Under the pieces are notes generated by a model. It was not told the DNA's origin. It saw nothing but the letters and a program-made list of their open reading frames with translations, and ran no database searches. Below are positions 53,335 to 64,000 of a stretch of DNA of 64,000 nt, in pieces; positions within the stretch are counted from its first letter, which is position 1, and each line of letters opens with the position of its first letter. Origin of the DNA: Octopus sinensis (lineage: Eukaryota); assembly GCF_006345805.1 (NCBI RefSeq), contig NC_043012.1, forward strand, positions 4,712,001 through 4,776,000, in the 5' to 3' direction. The translations under genes and the position numbers were made by a program.

Positions 53335-54081
53335 TATATCATATATATGTATTGAGTAATAAGATGATGCAATATAAATACATTGACACAAATACTAAGT
53401 TGTATATGTATATCTTCGTAGACAGGCAGACAGACAGACATACACATGCACAGAGACATAGATAGGTAGAAAATACACACACAAACACGCACACACACAC
53501 ATACACACACACACACATATTTATATATATGTGAATGTATCCAGTATAATCCAGACTGATAGTTCTGAGAGTCAGGGTAAAAATTATAAGAATCAGGATG
53601 CAATTTGTAAGAGGGAATCCTATTACGTGGTGATTCGTATAAGGGGTGAGTTACGCAAGTAATTGCATGAATGAATACAAACAGGCTCACAAAGATAGGG
53701 CGAAATTTATCATCATTTGTTAGTTAATTGTCAAAGAAATAGAAATGGATTTAACGTTTCGGAAAAACGTTCTTTATCGAAAAACAAAAAGGATTAAGAG
53801 AAAAGGAGAGAAAAATGAGAATAAACAGGAATGCATGGGCTGAGGACTTCAGCACCGTATTGTTTAATGCTATCGTTGTCTCTCTTTCTCTTATGCTGTT
53901 GGTTTTATTTTTATTTTTTGTTTTATCGCTATAATGAACTAATGTCCAGCAGGCTAAATTCATTTCTCTATCTATAAACGTAGGCCTATCAAGAATACTT
54001 ACTCTATTTTGAATTCTGCACCTTTGTTTCGTTATTTTCATTGGATCATTTCTGTGTTCCCACTCTCTCTTTCTTTGAAAG

Positions 54082-54175
<94 letters not shown>

Positions 54176-54302
54176 TATTATATATATATATATATATATT
54201 ATATATATTATAATATATATATATGTATGTATATATATAAATATGTATATATATGTATATACAGCCATGTATATATGTATACATTTATGAATATATGTAT
54301 GT

Positions 54303-54352
<50 letters not shown>

Positions 54353-55364
54353 TACATACAATTTTCATTATGTTTCTGCAGAAAAATAAATATAGGTAGA
54401 TAATATAGCGTTATAGGTAGGTACCTATAAATAGTATATGAGTAAATGGATAGGTTAGTATTCACACACACACACACACACACACACATGCATGTTTGTA
54501 TGTTTGCACAGACACATATATAGATTTTTTTTCAATACTGTTATACATATATAAGTGTATGTATAAATTTATCAGTATATATAGAATGATTAAAAATAGC
54601 TAACTAAAAGAATATCCTGAATTTGATTCTGGAAATCGATTAAGATGAACAGAAAGAAGTTCAATAAAATACAGGTAACAGTAAGCAGACTAATAGGTGA
54701 ATAGATATACACACACGCGCGCACACCTGTATATTCATAAAGATAGGTCTTTCATCGTATCTATTATTCTGCCGTCTTACCATTACCTTGATAATGATTT
54801 CAAATTTTGGCACAAGGCCAGCAATTTCGAGGGCGTGGGTACGTCGATTGCATCGACCCCAGTGCGCAACTGGTACTTATTTTATCGACCCCGTAACGAT
54901 GAAAAGCAAAGTCGAACGGTGAACTCAGAGCGAAAAGACGGACGAGATGCCGCTAAGTATTTTCTCCGGCGTGCCAACAATTCTGCCATCTAGCCACCTT
55001 TAACATTGTTTGTTCCTTTTCAAGCCATTCCTGACTCATAAGGGCAGGCTTCCTGGTTTCCTTGGTGTATTTATAGAGAACATGGATGCGTGATTAGGCG
55101 GTTTGTTTCGCTACTATCTATCTCCGAGTTCGATCCACGAGTTCAGTATCTTGCCTAAATAAGCATCTCCTGCTATTGTCTCGGATTGGCCAATGCCTTG
55201 TGATTATGAATTCCGAAGATGGATGTTGTGTTGTTGTCTGCTGGGAGGAGGACATTTCGTATCTTAATTGGTAGATTTTACCCGACGCCCGGTTCACTGC
55301 CACCACCACGACCTGGGCCCTGGGTGCCTTTTGTGGACGCTGCTATTATTTTCTTTTCTTTTTT

Positions 55365-55597
55365 TCTTGTTTGAGTCGTTTGACTGCGGTCATGCTAGAG
55401 CAGCGCCTTGAAATGTATTAGTCGAACAATCGACCTCGGGACTTATTTCTTAAGCTTAGTACTTGTTCTATCGGTCTACTTTGTCGAACTGCTAAGTTAC
55501 GGGAACGTAAACATGCGAATATTGGTTGTCAAGCAGTGATGGACACACACACACACACACACTATATATATAGACACATACATACACACACACACAT

Positions 55598-55651
<54 letters not shown>

Positions 55652-55830
55652 CACACACAATATATATATATAAATATATACAACGTGCTTCTTTCAGTTT
55701 CCGTCTACGAAGTCCACTCACAAGGCTTTGGTCGGCCCGAGGCTATAGTAGAAGACACTTGCCCAAGGTGCCACGCAGTGGGGCTGAATCCGGAAGCATG
55801 TGGTTGGTAAACAAACTTCTTACCACACAG
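55365..55830 (-). mobile_element. SINE family A
   Basis: Reverse-complement copy with (CA)n core. Confidence 0.8.
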
Positions 55831-56199
55831 CTACGAAAATATTCGAAACAGTGGCCCGCTTTGAGGATAATTTCCCCAATTCCTGCTTCCAGATATGGAA
55901 CCCTTGAAGAAAATCAGAGTTACTGTCTTTCCTCATCATACTAAACATGATAAATCAGGGCCGTTGACATCTGATATGGTTAACAGTATCTGAAAGGGTC
56001 ACAGTGAGTCAGTAAATGTTCTTCCTTTGCATTTAACTGGAGTAACGTGAAATGAAGTACCTTGCCCAAAGGCACGAAGCACTGTCCAATCCTGGAATCG
56101 AATCCACGGCCTTATGATCGTAAGCCCAGCAGTCTTACCACTGGGCCATATACCGTCGAACTTTTTACTAAGAAATAAAGAGAAAGCCTCGTAGTTGTT

Positions 56200-56381
56200 G
56201 ACAGTGTATTTAATAGTTACAATAACAGTTGCTGTAGTAGCATTAGTAATAGTAGTAAAGGCAGTAGTAGGATTAGTAATTGAAGTAGTAGTAATAGTGG
56301 TAGCTGAAGGTGTAGTAGTAGTAATAGTAGTAGTAGTACCAGTAGTAGCAACATTAGTAATGATAATAATAATAATAATAA

Positions 56382-56429
<48 letters not shown>

Positions 56430-56535
56430 CAATTAAAGTAGTAGTAGTGGTAGTAGCAAAAGCAGTAATAGTTGTTGTAGTAGAATTAGGTGGAGTTATA
56501 GTAGTATCAGCAGCAGTATTTGTAGTAGTAGTAGC
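56200..56535. repeat. (AGT)n/(AAT)n microsatellite
   Basis: Directly visible. Confidence 0.9.
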
Positions 56536-56572
56536 CCTGGAATAAAAAGATGGAAAAAGCTAAGTAGATTGA

Positions 56573-56893
56573 AAAAGAAAAGACGAAGGCAGAAAAGAAA
56601 AAAAACACGTCAAGACAAATAAATAAATAAACAAATATGCAAGGAAATATAAATAAATAGACAGACAAAACAAATAAACAAACCCCTCTCCTCTCCCCCC
56701 CCCCCCCAACAACTCAAAGAAATTTAAAGAATGAGGTGTTTTTGTTATTGTTTTTTTTTTTCAAGAATGTAATGAAGAGTGTTGAGCAATTGACATGAGA
56801 TGAAATCTATGACCAGTTGCAAAATGGACCAAATAAAATTAGTCAAAGCATAAAACAATAAAAAAAAGACACTGAAGTGTGTGTCTGGTGGGG
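56573..56893 (+). repeat. Left arm of a ~320-bp long inverted repeat
   Basis: Reverse complement of 59390-59712. Confidence 0.9.
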
Positions 56894-57344
56894 GTGCAGC
56901 GAGGGGTTGAGGTTAAGGTGGGTTATGTTTGGGTGAGATCCTTTTGTAGAAGTTTCTCAATAATTAAAAAACAACAACAATGCATGATATAATTTATTTG
57001 ATGAGTGAATGAGAGAAAAAGTCATTATCTAAAATACACTTGATGAAGCAACTACTTGAGATTTGAGTTTTATTGTTTTTGCTTTTGTCTTCTTTCTTAT
57101 CGATCTCTGAAGAAAGAAAAAAAAATAAAGAACAAATCTCTCTACTAGTAAGATTGGAACTCAGATTTTGGAGGCAAACGGTACCGAAAAATCGCAGAAA
57201 TGGATTGAGAGAAGTAGTAGGGTTGTTTGGAGGTCGGGTAAAGTGCTTAGCAGTATTTCGTTCGTCGTTACGTTCTGAGTTCGAATTCCGGGATCGATAA
57301 AGTAAAGTACCATTTGAGCACTGGGGTCGACGTAATCGAATTAC

Positions 57345-57610
57345 CTATTTCTTTATTACCCACAAGGGGCTGAACATAGAGGGGACAAACATGGACAGAC
57401 ATAGGTATTAAGTCGATCATATCGACCCCAGTGCTTAACTGGTACTTAATTTATCGACCCCGAAAGGATGAAAGGTAAAGTCGACCTCGGCGGAATTTGA
57501 ACTCACAACGTAACGGCAGACGAAATACCGCTTAGCATTTCGCCCGACGTGCTAACGATTCTGCTAGCTCACCTATCCAAACATTGCTGGCGTTGTTCCA
57601 AAATTTGAAA
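57345..57610 (-). mobile_element. SINE family B
   Basis: Near-consensus copy. Confidence 0.85.
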
Positions 57611-57934
57611 CCAATATATCAAGAGAGAAATATAGGCATATAAATAAATAAATGAATAGATACGTAGATAAGTAGACAGATAGATATATAGATTCCTATG
57701 CATACATTCACAGAGAAATATAGATGTAGCTGATTAGATAGGTTGATGGATAGACAAATAAAGGTGAATAGATTTCTATGCATAAATATACCGACACACA
57801 GCCACAAACCTGTATGAATATAAAATTAAATGTGTAGATGAATTGATAGGAAGGTAGATATAAATGAATAGAGAGAGACATAAATGCTTAGATAGATGGA
57901 CAGACAGTGATACAGATAAATAAATATGTAGGCA

Positions 57935-58045
57935 GTTCTCGATCGTGGTTCCCAGCGGTTTTCAATTGTGGTTCCCAGCGGTTTTCGATCGTGGTTCTCA
58001 GCGGTTCTCAGTCGTGGTTCTCGGTGGTTCTCATTGGTGGTTCAT
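57935..58045. repeat. 23-bp minisatellite (TTCGATCGTGGTTCCCAGCGGTT), ~4.5 copies
   Basis: Directly visible, progressively degenerate. Confidence 0.85.
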
Positions 58046-58681
58046 GTAATTTTTGTCATTACAGTATCAGCACCCAGCAGTGATTAAGGATTAACGAAGT
58101 TTAGGTTACTTAAAATATGTTTGTCACATAGTTTAGCTTTTGAAGGCAAATTCACCGCAGTTGAAGCGGAGAAAAATTCCGTATGATAAAAGGTGTAGAA
58201 ACAACATATCCGCCAATTGCTTCTCCCTTATCTGATTCGCTGATGACTGTTTCTGGCTGTTTAGCCTTCCTCAACGGGTAATACCGAAGAGAGATAAGCC
58301 AGGGCAGGTTTGAACTAAAAAAGTCGTAGTTTGAACTAAAAAAACAGCCAACGTCAGTGACTGTATTGCGCTGTTCAACCGTCTGGTCGGGATAGGTATA
58401 AGAGCATCAGCCCCAAGCGGTGATTAGAAATAAACGAACTTTGGGTTAGTTAAAAAATATGTTTGTAACATACTTTAACTTATAACGGCAAATTCACCGT
58501 GGCAAAAATTTTTTGTTGCTCAAATTACTGGGAGAAATTACATTAGTACCATGTCAAAAATATTTTGAAGGGTGGCACTGTCGAGTATAAGGTACCCTGT
58601 CACAGTGCCGTAAAAAACGAAATGATCCAGTTAGTCTTTTGGATGATTAGCCGCACCATACGATAATTTCTGGTAAATTAA

Positions 58682-58727
58682 CACTAGGGACATATTACGG
58701 ATTTTCCTCCGTAATATGTCCCTAGTG
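58682..58727. repeat. Perfect 20-bp inverted repeat with 6-nt spacer
   Basis: CACTAGGGACATATTACGGA-TTTTCC-TCCGTAATATGTCCCTAGTG. Confidence 0.95.
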
Positions 58728-58992
58728 GTTAGAACGTCGGGCTCACAATCACGAGGTAGTGAGTTCGATTCCCTGACCGAGTTGTGTGTTGTGTTCTTGA
58801 GCAAAACACTTCATGCAGTCCAAGTTCCACGGTTTAATCCAGTGTATCTGTGAAATACTAAAAAGATGTTAGCTTCTTATCGGTGCAAATGGATATATTA
58901 TCATTTACATATAAGAAAAGAAAATTGAGAAATAAACACATAGACCCCGATTTATTAACATGACTCAAATTTCGGATAATATCAATTTCTCA

Positions 58993-59082
58993 TAACCTAC
59001 AATTGTTTCTATTCAATGAATTCAAATAATTAAATTAAAGATGCATTGTGAATATAGTAAATTGAACATTTCATCAGGGTTA
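58993..59082 (-). ncRNA. Type I hammerhead ribozyme motif (left arm of second inverted pair)
   Basis: TAACC-CTGATGA-AA-TGTTCAAT..ATTGAATA-GAAA-CAATTG-TA-GGTTA. Confidence 0.8.
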
Positions 59083-59200
59083 GAAATTGACACAAAACAT
59101 TTACCTGCACCTGCGCGCATGACAGAATCAATGTTGTCATGCTGAGTTTGCCAATGATCCCTCAATCCATTGGGATATGATTCCTTTTTGTGTCACTTTC

Positions 59201-59299
59201 TAACCCTGATGAAATGTTCAATTTACCATATTCAAAATGAATCTTAAATTCAATTATTTGTAAATTGAATTGATTGAATATCGAAACACTTGTAGGCTA
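59201..59299 (+). ncRNA. Type I hammerhead ribozyme motif (right arm of second inverted pair)
   Basis: TAACC-CTGATGA (59206-59212)-AATGTTCAAT..ATTGAATATC-GAAA (59283-59286)-CACTTG-TA-GGCTA. Confidence 0.75.
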
Positions 59300-59389
59300 C
59301 AAGAAATTGATGTCTGTTTGTGGATTTCACCATTTTCTTTTCTTACACACACACACACATCACTTCAGATGTTTTTAGCATCAACCCCC

Positions 59390-59712
59390 CCCCCCACACA
59401 CACACAAACACTTCAGAGGTTTTTTTTTATGCTTTGACTAATTTTATTTGGTCCATTTTGCAACAGGTCATAGATTTCATCTGATGTCAATTGCTCAACT
59501 CTCTTCATTACATTCTTGAAAAAAAAAAAAACAATAACAAAGACATCTCATTCTTTGAATTTCTTTGAGTTGTTGGGGGGGGGGAGAGGGGTTTGTTTAT
59601 TTGTTTTGTCTGTCTATTTATTTATATTTCCTTGCATATTTGTTTATTTATTTATTTGTATTGACGTTTTTTTGTTGTTTTTTTTTGCTTTTCTGCCTTC
59701 GTCTTTTCTTTT
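59390..59712 (-). repeat. Right arm of the ~320-bp long inverted repeat
   Basis: Reverse complement of 56573-56893. Confidence 0.9.
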
Positions 59713-59796
59713 GCATATGTATATATGTCTGTGTACGAATAAACATACATACAACGGAGGCTTCTGCGAAGTTTTCTTTTCACAAATTGAACTCAC

Positions 59797-59853
59797 GTAG
59801 AATCGGTCAATGAAACTTGCTGAGGAAGTCATCCAGAGGAATCGAATCTGGAA
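59797..59853 (-). other. Candidate small host exon (..MTSSASFIDRFY|GTGAGT)
   Basis: Polypyrimidine tract + AG (59855-59854 or 59849-59848), stop-free 57/51-nt frame and a consensus GTGAGT donor (59796-59791). No homology recognised. Confidence 0.3.
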
Positions 59854-60039
59854 CTAGAAGGTGTCGGAGGGAGAGATAGAGAGAAAGAGAGGGTGGGTGG
59901 AAATGGAATGCACGTGGAAAGTAAATGGTTTTGAAAGAAAGTAGGAGAAAAGATTTGAAAATTATATAAAATAATGGAGAGAAAAAATAAGAGAAAAAAG
60001 TAAAAAGGAAAGAAAAATACAACTTTATGAATACATAAA

Positions 60040-60342
60040 ATATAACGAAGAAGAAGAAGAAGAAGAAGAAGAAGAAGAAGAAGAAGAAGAAGAAGAAGAA
60101 GAAGAAGAGAAGAAGAAGAATGTGATGATGATGATGATGATGATGAAGAAGAAAGAAGAAAATTATTGCGTTTGAGAAGAGGGAGAAGAAAAAGAAAAGA
60201 TAGTAGTAGTGAGAGAAGGATGATGATGATGATGATGATGATGAAGAAAGAAAACAATGATTGCGTATAAGAAGAAGAGGGAAAAAGAAAAAGAAGGAAA
60301 GATTGTAGTAGTGAGAGAAGAAGAAGAAGAACTTGATGATGG

Positions 60343-60379
<37 letters not shown>

Positions 60380-60510
60380 AGAATATGATTGCGTATGAGA
60401 AGAAGAGGGAAAAGAAGAAGAAGAAGAAGAAGAAGAAGAAGAGAAGAAGAAGAAGAAGAAGAAGAAGAAGAAGAAGAAGAAGAAGAAGAAGAAGATAACG
60501 ACGACGACGA
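60040..60510. repeat. (GAA)n/(GAT)n block with ~95-128-bp higher-order units
   Basis: ATTGCGT core at 60165, 60260 and 60388. Confidence 0.85.
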
Positions 60511-60859
60511 CGACAGCGCATGGCATAAACAATGGGAACAATAGCTCCTCTGACATGGACGTCCATGGAAAGAGTTCAATGAAACGCTACTTCACATCTA
60601 AAGTGGATGCATAAGAAAGAAATGAAAATCAATAGTATCGGATGGCAGGAGTGTGAAGCAAGACTCGAGAAGGAACTTCGCCCGGATGACGTCAGCAGAA
60701 ATCAAGAGTCGTTTACAAACAAATTGACTTGGTATTATGGGAACAGACATATGTCCGATGGCTTTTGTGTTCTGTTGTTTTTAAAACTATGTATATAAAA
60801 AGGATGCTTATGTGTGTGTGTGGATATATTTATGCTTTTGTCTATGTGTACGAATGTTC

Positions 60860-60909
<50 letters not shown>

Positions 60910-61834
60910 AAGAGAGAGAGAGAGAGAGAGATAGAGAGTGAAGGAAAGAGAGAGAACGATTGATGGTTGTTAACATCTAATATAGGCGGCGCAGTTGGCG
61001 GAGTTGTTAAAACGTTGGGCAGAATCTTTTGCGGTATTTGCTTCTGCCCTGTGCGCTCCGAGTTCGAATTTTACTGAGACCAACTTTACCTTTAATTGTT
61101 TCTGGGTCGATATATAAAGAACTAGTCCTGTAACAGGGATACTTTTTCTCTTTCTTACCCCCAACACTCTCTGGAATAAATCGACTCTTGTCAGACCTGG
61201 AGTTCGGCGCAAGGCCAGCTATTTTGAGGGGAGGGGCCTTGTACTAGGCAGTTGCCTCATTTAATCGCTCTTGGAGGGATAAAAGGCAGCGTTTGCATCA
61301 GGGCGGAGGTAAATAATACGCTCACCATCCGTTTTTGGCGTAACTCTAACACTAACCCTAAACCTAACACAAACTCTAACCCTAAACCAAAACGCCGTAA
61401 ACGGGTGGCGTGCGTATTCTTTACCTTCGCTTAGGGGTTGAACGCAGATTGAGAAGAATGTAAACAGATATTGATTTCGAATTTTAGCACAAGGCCAGTA
61501 AGTTCGGGAAAGGGTGTAAGTCGATTTTATCGGCCTCAGCGATCAGTTGGTACTTATGTTATCGACTCCGAAACACTAGCGTAGCTAGAGTGTGCCGCCC
61601 CCGGACCCCACAAAAAATACATATTGCCTACGGCAGACCCAAAGGTGCTGCCCCTTTAAAAGTGCTGCCTGAGGCGGACCGTCCCCGAAAAGACGACAGG
61701 CAAAGTCGACCTCGGCAGAATTTGAACATAGAACATGAAGACGGACGAAATGTCGCTAAGCAATTTACCCGGCGTACTAAATTCTGTCAGCTCGCCGTTT
61801 TAATGTAAACAAGTATTCGTTTCTACTCTAGGCA

Positions 61835-62215
61835 CAAGGAACGAAATTTTGGGGGAAGGGGCCAGTCGATTAGCTCTTCCCCAATACGCAACTGATACTT
61901 AATTCATCGTGCCCGAAAGGATGAAAGACAAAGTCGACCTCGGCGGAATTTGAACTCAGAACGTAACGGCAGACGAAATACCTATTTCTTTACTACCCAC
62001 AAGGGGCTAAACACAGAGGGGACAAACAAGGACAGACAAAGGGATCAAGTTGATTACATCGAATGCAGTGCGCAACTGGTACTTATTTAATCTACCCCGA
62101 AAGGATGAAAGGCAAAGTCGACCTCGGCGGAATTTGAACTCAGAACGTAACGGCAGACGAAATACGGCTACGCATTTCGCCCGGTGTGCTAACGTTTCTG
62201 CCAGCTCGCCACCTT
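61835..62215 (-). mobile_element. Head-to-tail dimer of SINE family B
   Basis: Full upstream unit joined to a headless unit at GAAATAG|GTATTTCGTCTGCCG. Confidence 0.85.
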
Positions 62216-62957
62216 AAAATAAACAAATATTGCAACATATTTTCCTTTGGCATCCTAACAATTCTGCCAATCTTCCTCGCCTCACCGCCTTCATAATGCC
62301 TTTGAAGCAGCTATACAAGATCAATAATAATAAAAAAAGAGGTACAGGCTTTCACATTCTAACTCAATAGTTGAGTAGCGTAAAGACACGTGGTCTAGGA
62401 ACCAAGAAAGAAGGTATATATGGCGAATAAAACCCTCCTTTGCCATCTAGATTTAGAGCCGGTCCAGGGGGTCGAGTTGGCATTGCGCCTCATTCTTTCT
62501 TACTATCATTCGTTTCTTTTAATTTCTTTTTCTAATCTCATCCACTTTTTGTGAATTTTTAGTTCCCCGAGTTTATGTTTTGTCGCGTTTGGATTGTCTT
62601 TATGTTTTGCATTTGCCGAGGAGCATCTACGTGTAGCCTTTTTTATAGGTGATAAAAAAATAGACCTCCTCCTATGCCATCTGGATTTGCAGCCGGCCCA
62701 AGGGAGTCAGCAGGAATATAAACTAAACGAAATCAATTGAAAGTAAGATTTAATGCCTCGCAGTCTTTAGTGATGTCTCATTATTCTTCATTAGTTCAAT
62801 TCTTGCCGAGGTTTGGTCTTTTGTTTTTCATACTTCGTAATCAATACTATACCAGTCAAGCTTTAGAAACCAATATTATTCTGTTATAACTTATCGTAGC
62901 TCATCTTTCACATATTTGTTTATAGCTTTGTACTTAGCTAAGAAATCGATCGTCATT

Positions 62958-63111
62958 GGCTGTGCGGTAAGTAGCTTGCTTACCAACCACATGGTTCCGG
63001 GTTCAGTACCACTGCGTGGCACCTTGGGCAAGTGTCTTCTACTATAGCTTCAGGCCGACCAAAGCCTTGTGAGTGGATTTGGTAGACGGAAACTGAAAGA
63101 AGCCCGTCGTA

Positions 63112-63144
<33 letters not shown>

Positions 63145-63372
63145 TGTGTGTGTGTGTGTGTGTGTATTTATGTGTTTGTATTTGCCCCTCCCGACATCGC
63201 TTGACAACCGATGCTGGTGTGTTTACGTCCCCGTCACTTAGCGGTTCGGCAAAAGAGACCGATAGAATAAGTAATAGGTTTACAAAAAGTAAGTCCCAGG
63301 GTCGATTTGCTCGACCATAGGCGGTACTCCAGCATGGCCACAGTCAAATTACTGAAACAAGTAAAAGAACAA
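62958..63372 (+). mobile_element. SINE family A (followed by a second 3' half at 63480-63655)
   Basis: Head and tail match family A. Confidence 0.9.
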
Positions 63373-63376
63373 AAGA

Positions 63377-63428
<52 letters not shown>

Positions 63429-64000
63429 ATATATATATATATACATATATAAATACATATGTGTGTGTGTGTGTGTGGTTGACAACCGATGATGGTGTGT
63501 TTACGTCCCCGTAACTTAGCGGTTCGGTGAAATGGACCGATAGAATAAGTACTAGGCTTACAAAGAATAAGTCCCAGGGCCGATTTGCTCGACTAAAGGC
63601 GGTGCTCCAGCATAGCCACAGTCAAATGACTGAAACAAGTAAAAGAGTAAAAGAGCACATAATACTGGCAGAATTGTCTGTATGTCGGCCTTTACGGCCT
63701 GAGTTCAAATGCAGCCGAAGTCAAGTTTGTCTTTCAGGGTTTATAAAATAAGCATCGTCTGAGTACTGGGGTCGATGCAATCGACTGGACGTCTCCGCCA
63801 AAATTTCAGGCCTTGTGCCTATAGTAGAAAGGATTATCGTTTTTGTTGCTGTTTCATTAGTTATTTGTTTTATATCCTGTAAGGTCGAGTTCATCGTTGT
63901 AAGAGGTTCTTTGAACGACAGTACTTAGCGCAGTATGTGGACTCTCCTCTCTTGTGCGATCTTCAAATCATACTGCGTAGATATTGGTTTCAAATTTTGG

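Noticed and set aside
53748-53785. Minus-strand TCGATAAAG..TTCC-GAAACGTTA minimal HHR-like motif
   Set aside because: The core has three mismatches; possibly a dead PLE end but not supportable.
57935-58045. CRISPR-like repeat
   Set aside because: Contiguous tandem units without unique spacers, in a eukaryotic context; it is a minisatellite.
58095-58505. ~70-bp imperfect direct repeat (58095-58170 vs 58435-58505) as LTRs
   Set aside because: Too short and diverged, lacking TG..CA ends, PBS or TSD.

Overview
AT-rich, repeat-saturated eukaryotic DNA with no recognisable intact host gene. The SINE families and the heavy (TA)n/(TATG)n/(CTAT)n/(ATT)n load resemble an octopus (coleoid cephalopod) genome; this is inferred from recall, not from a search. 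Nearly all listed ORFs are microsatellite translations. The real coding remnants are decayed transposons: Penelope-like elements (PLEs) with GIY-YIG endonuclease (13.2-13.8 kb, 29.7-30.3 kb), an R4/Dong-like RT (14.5-17.2 kb) plus three RLE 3' ends (47.8-51.9 kb), an RTE-clade LINE ending in three C2H2 fingers (35.1-37.8 kb), a CR1-group 3' end, a mariner fragment, a ~1-kb non-autonomous Helitron and MITEs. The main unexplained signal is RNA-level. About 11 type I hammerhead ribozyme (HHR) motifs from several unrelated sequence families can be folded by eye, nearly all with a palindromic helix III. Two of them occur as divergent ('tail-out') inverted HHR pairs (32482-32904, 97% arm identity; 58912-59345), and a third tail-out cassette lies at 31048-32050. 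Two motifs have non-canonical cores (A6U; a possible G3-C8 swap). All folds, alignments and identities were done manually.
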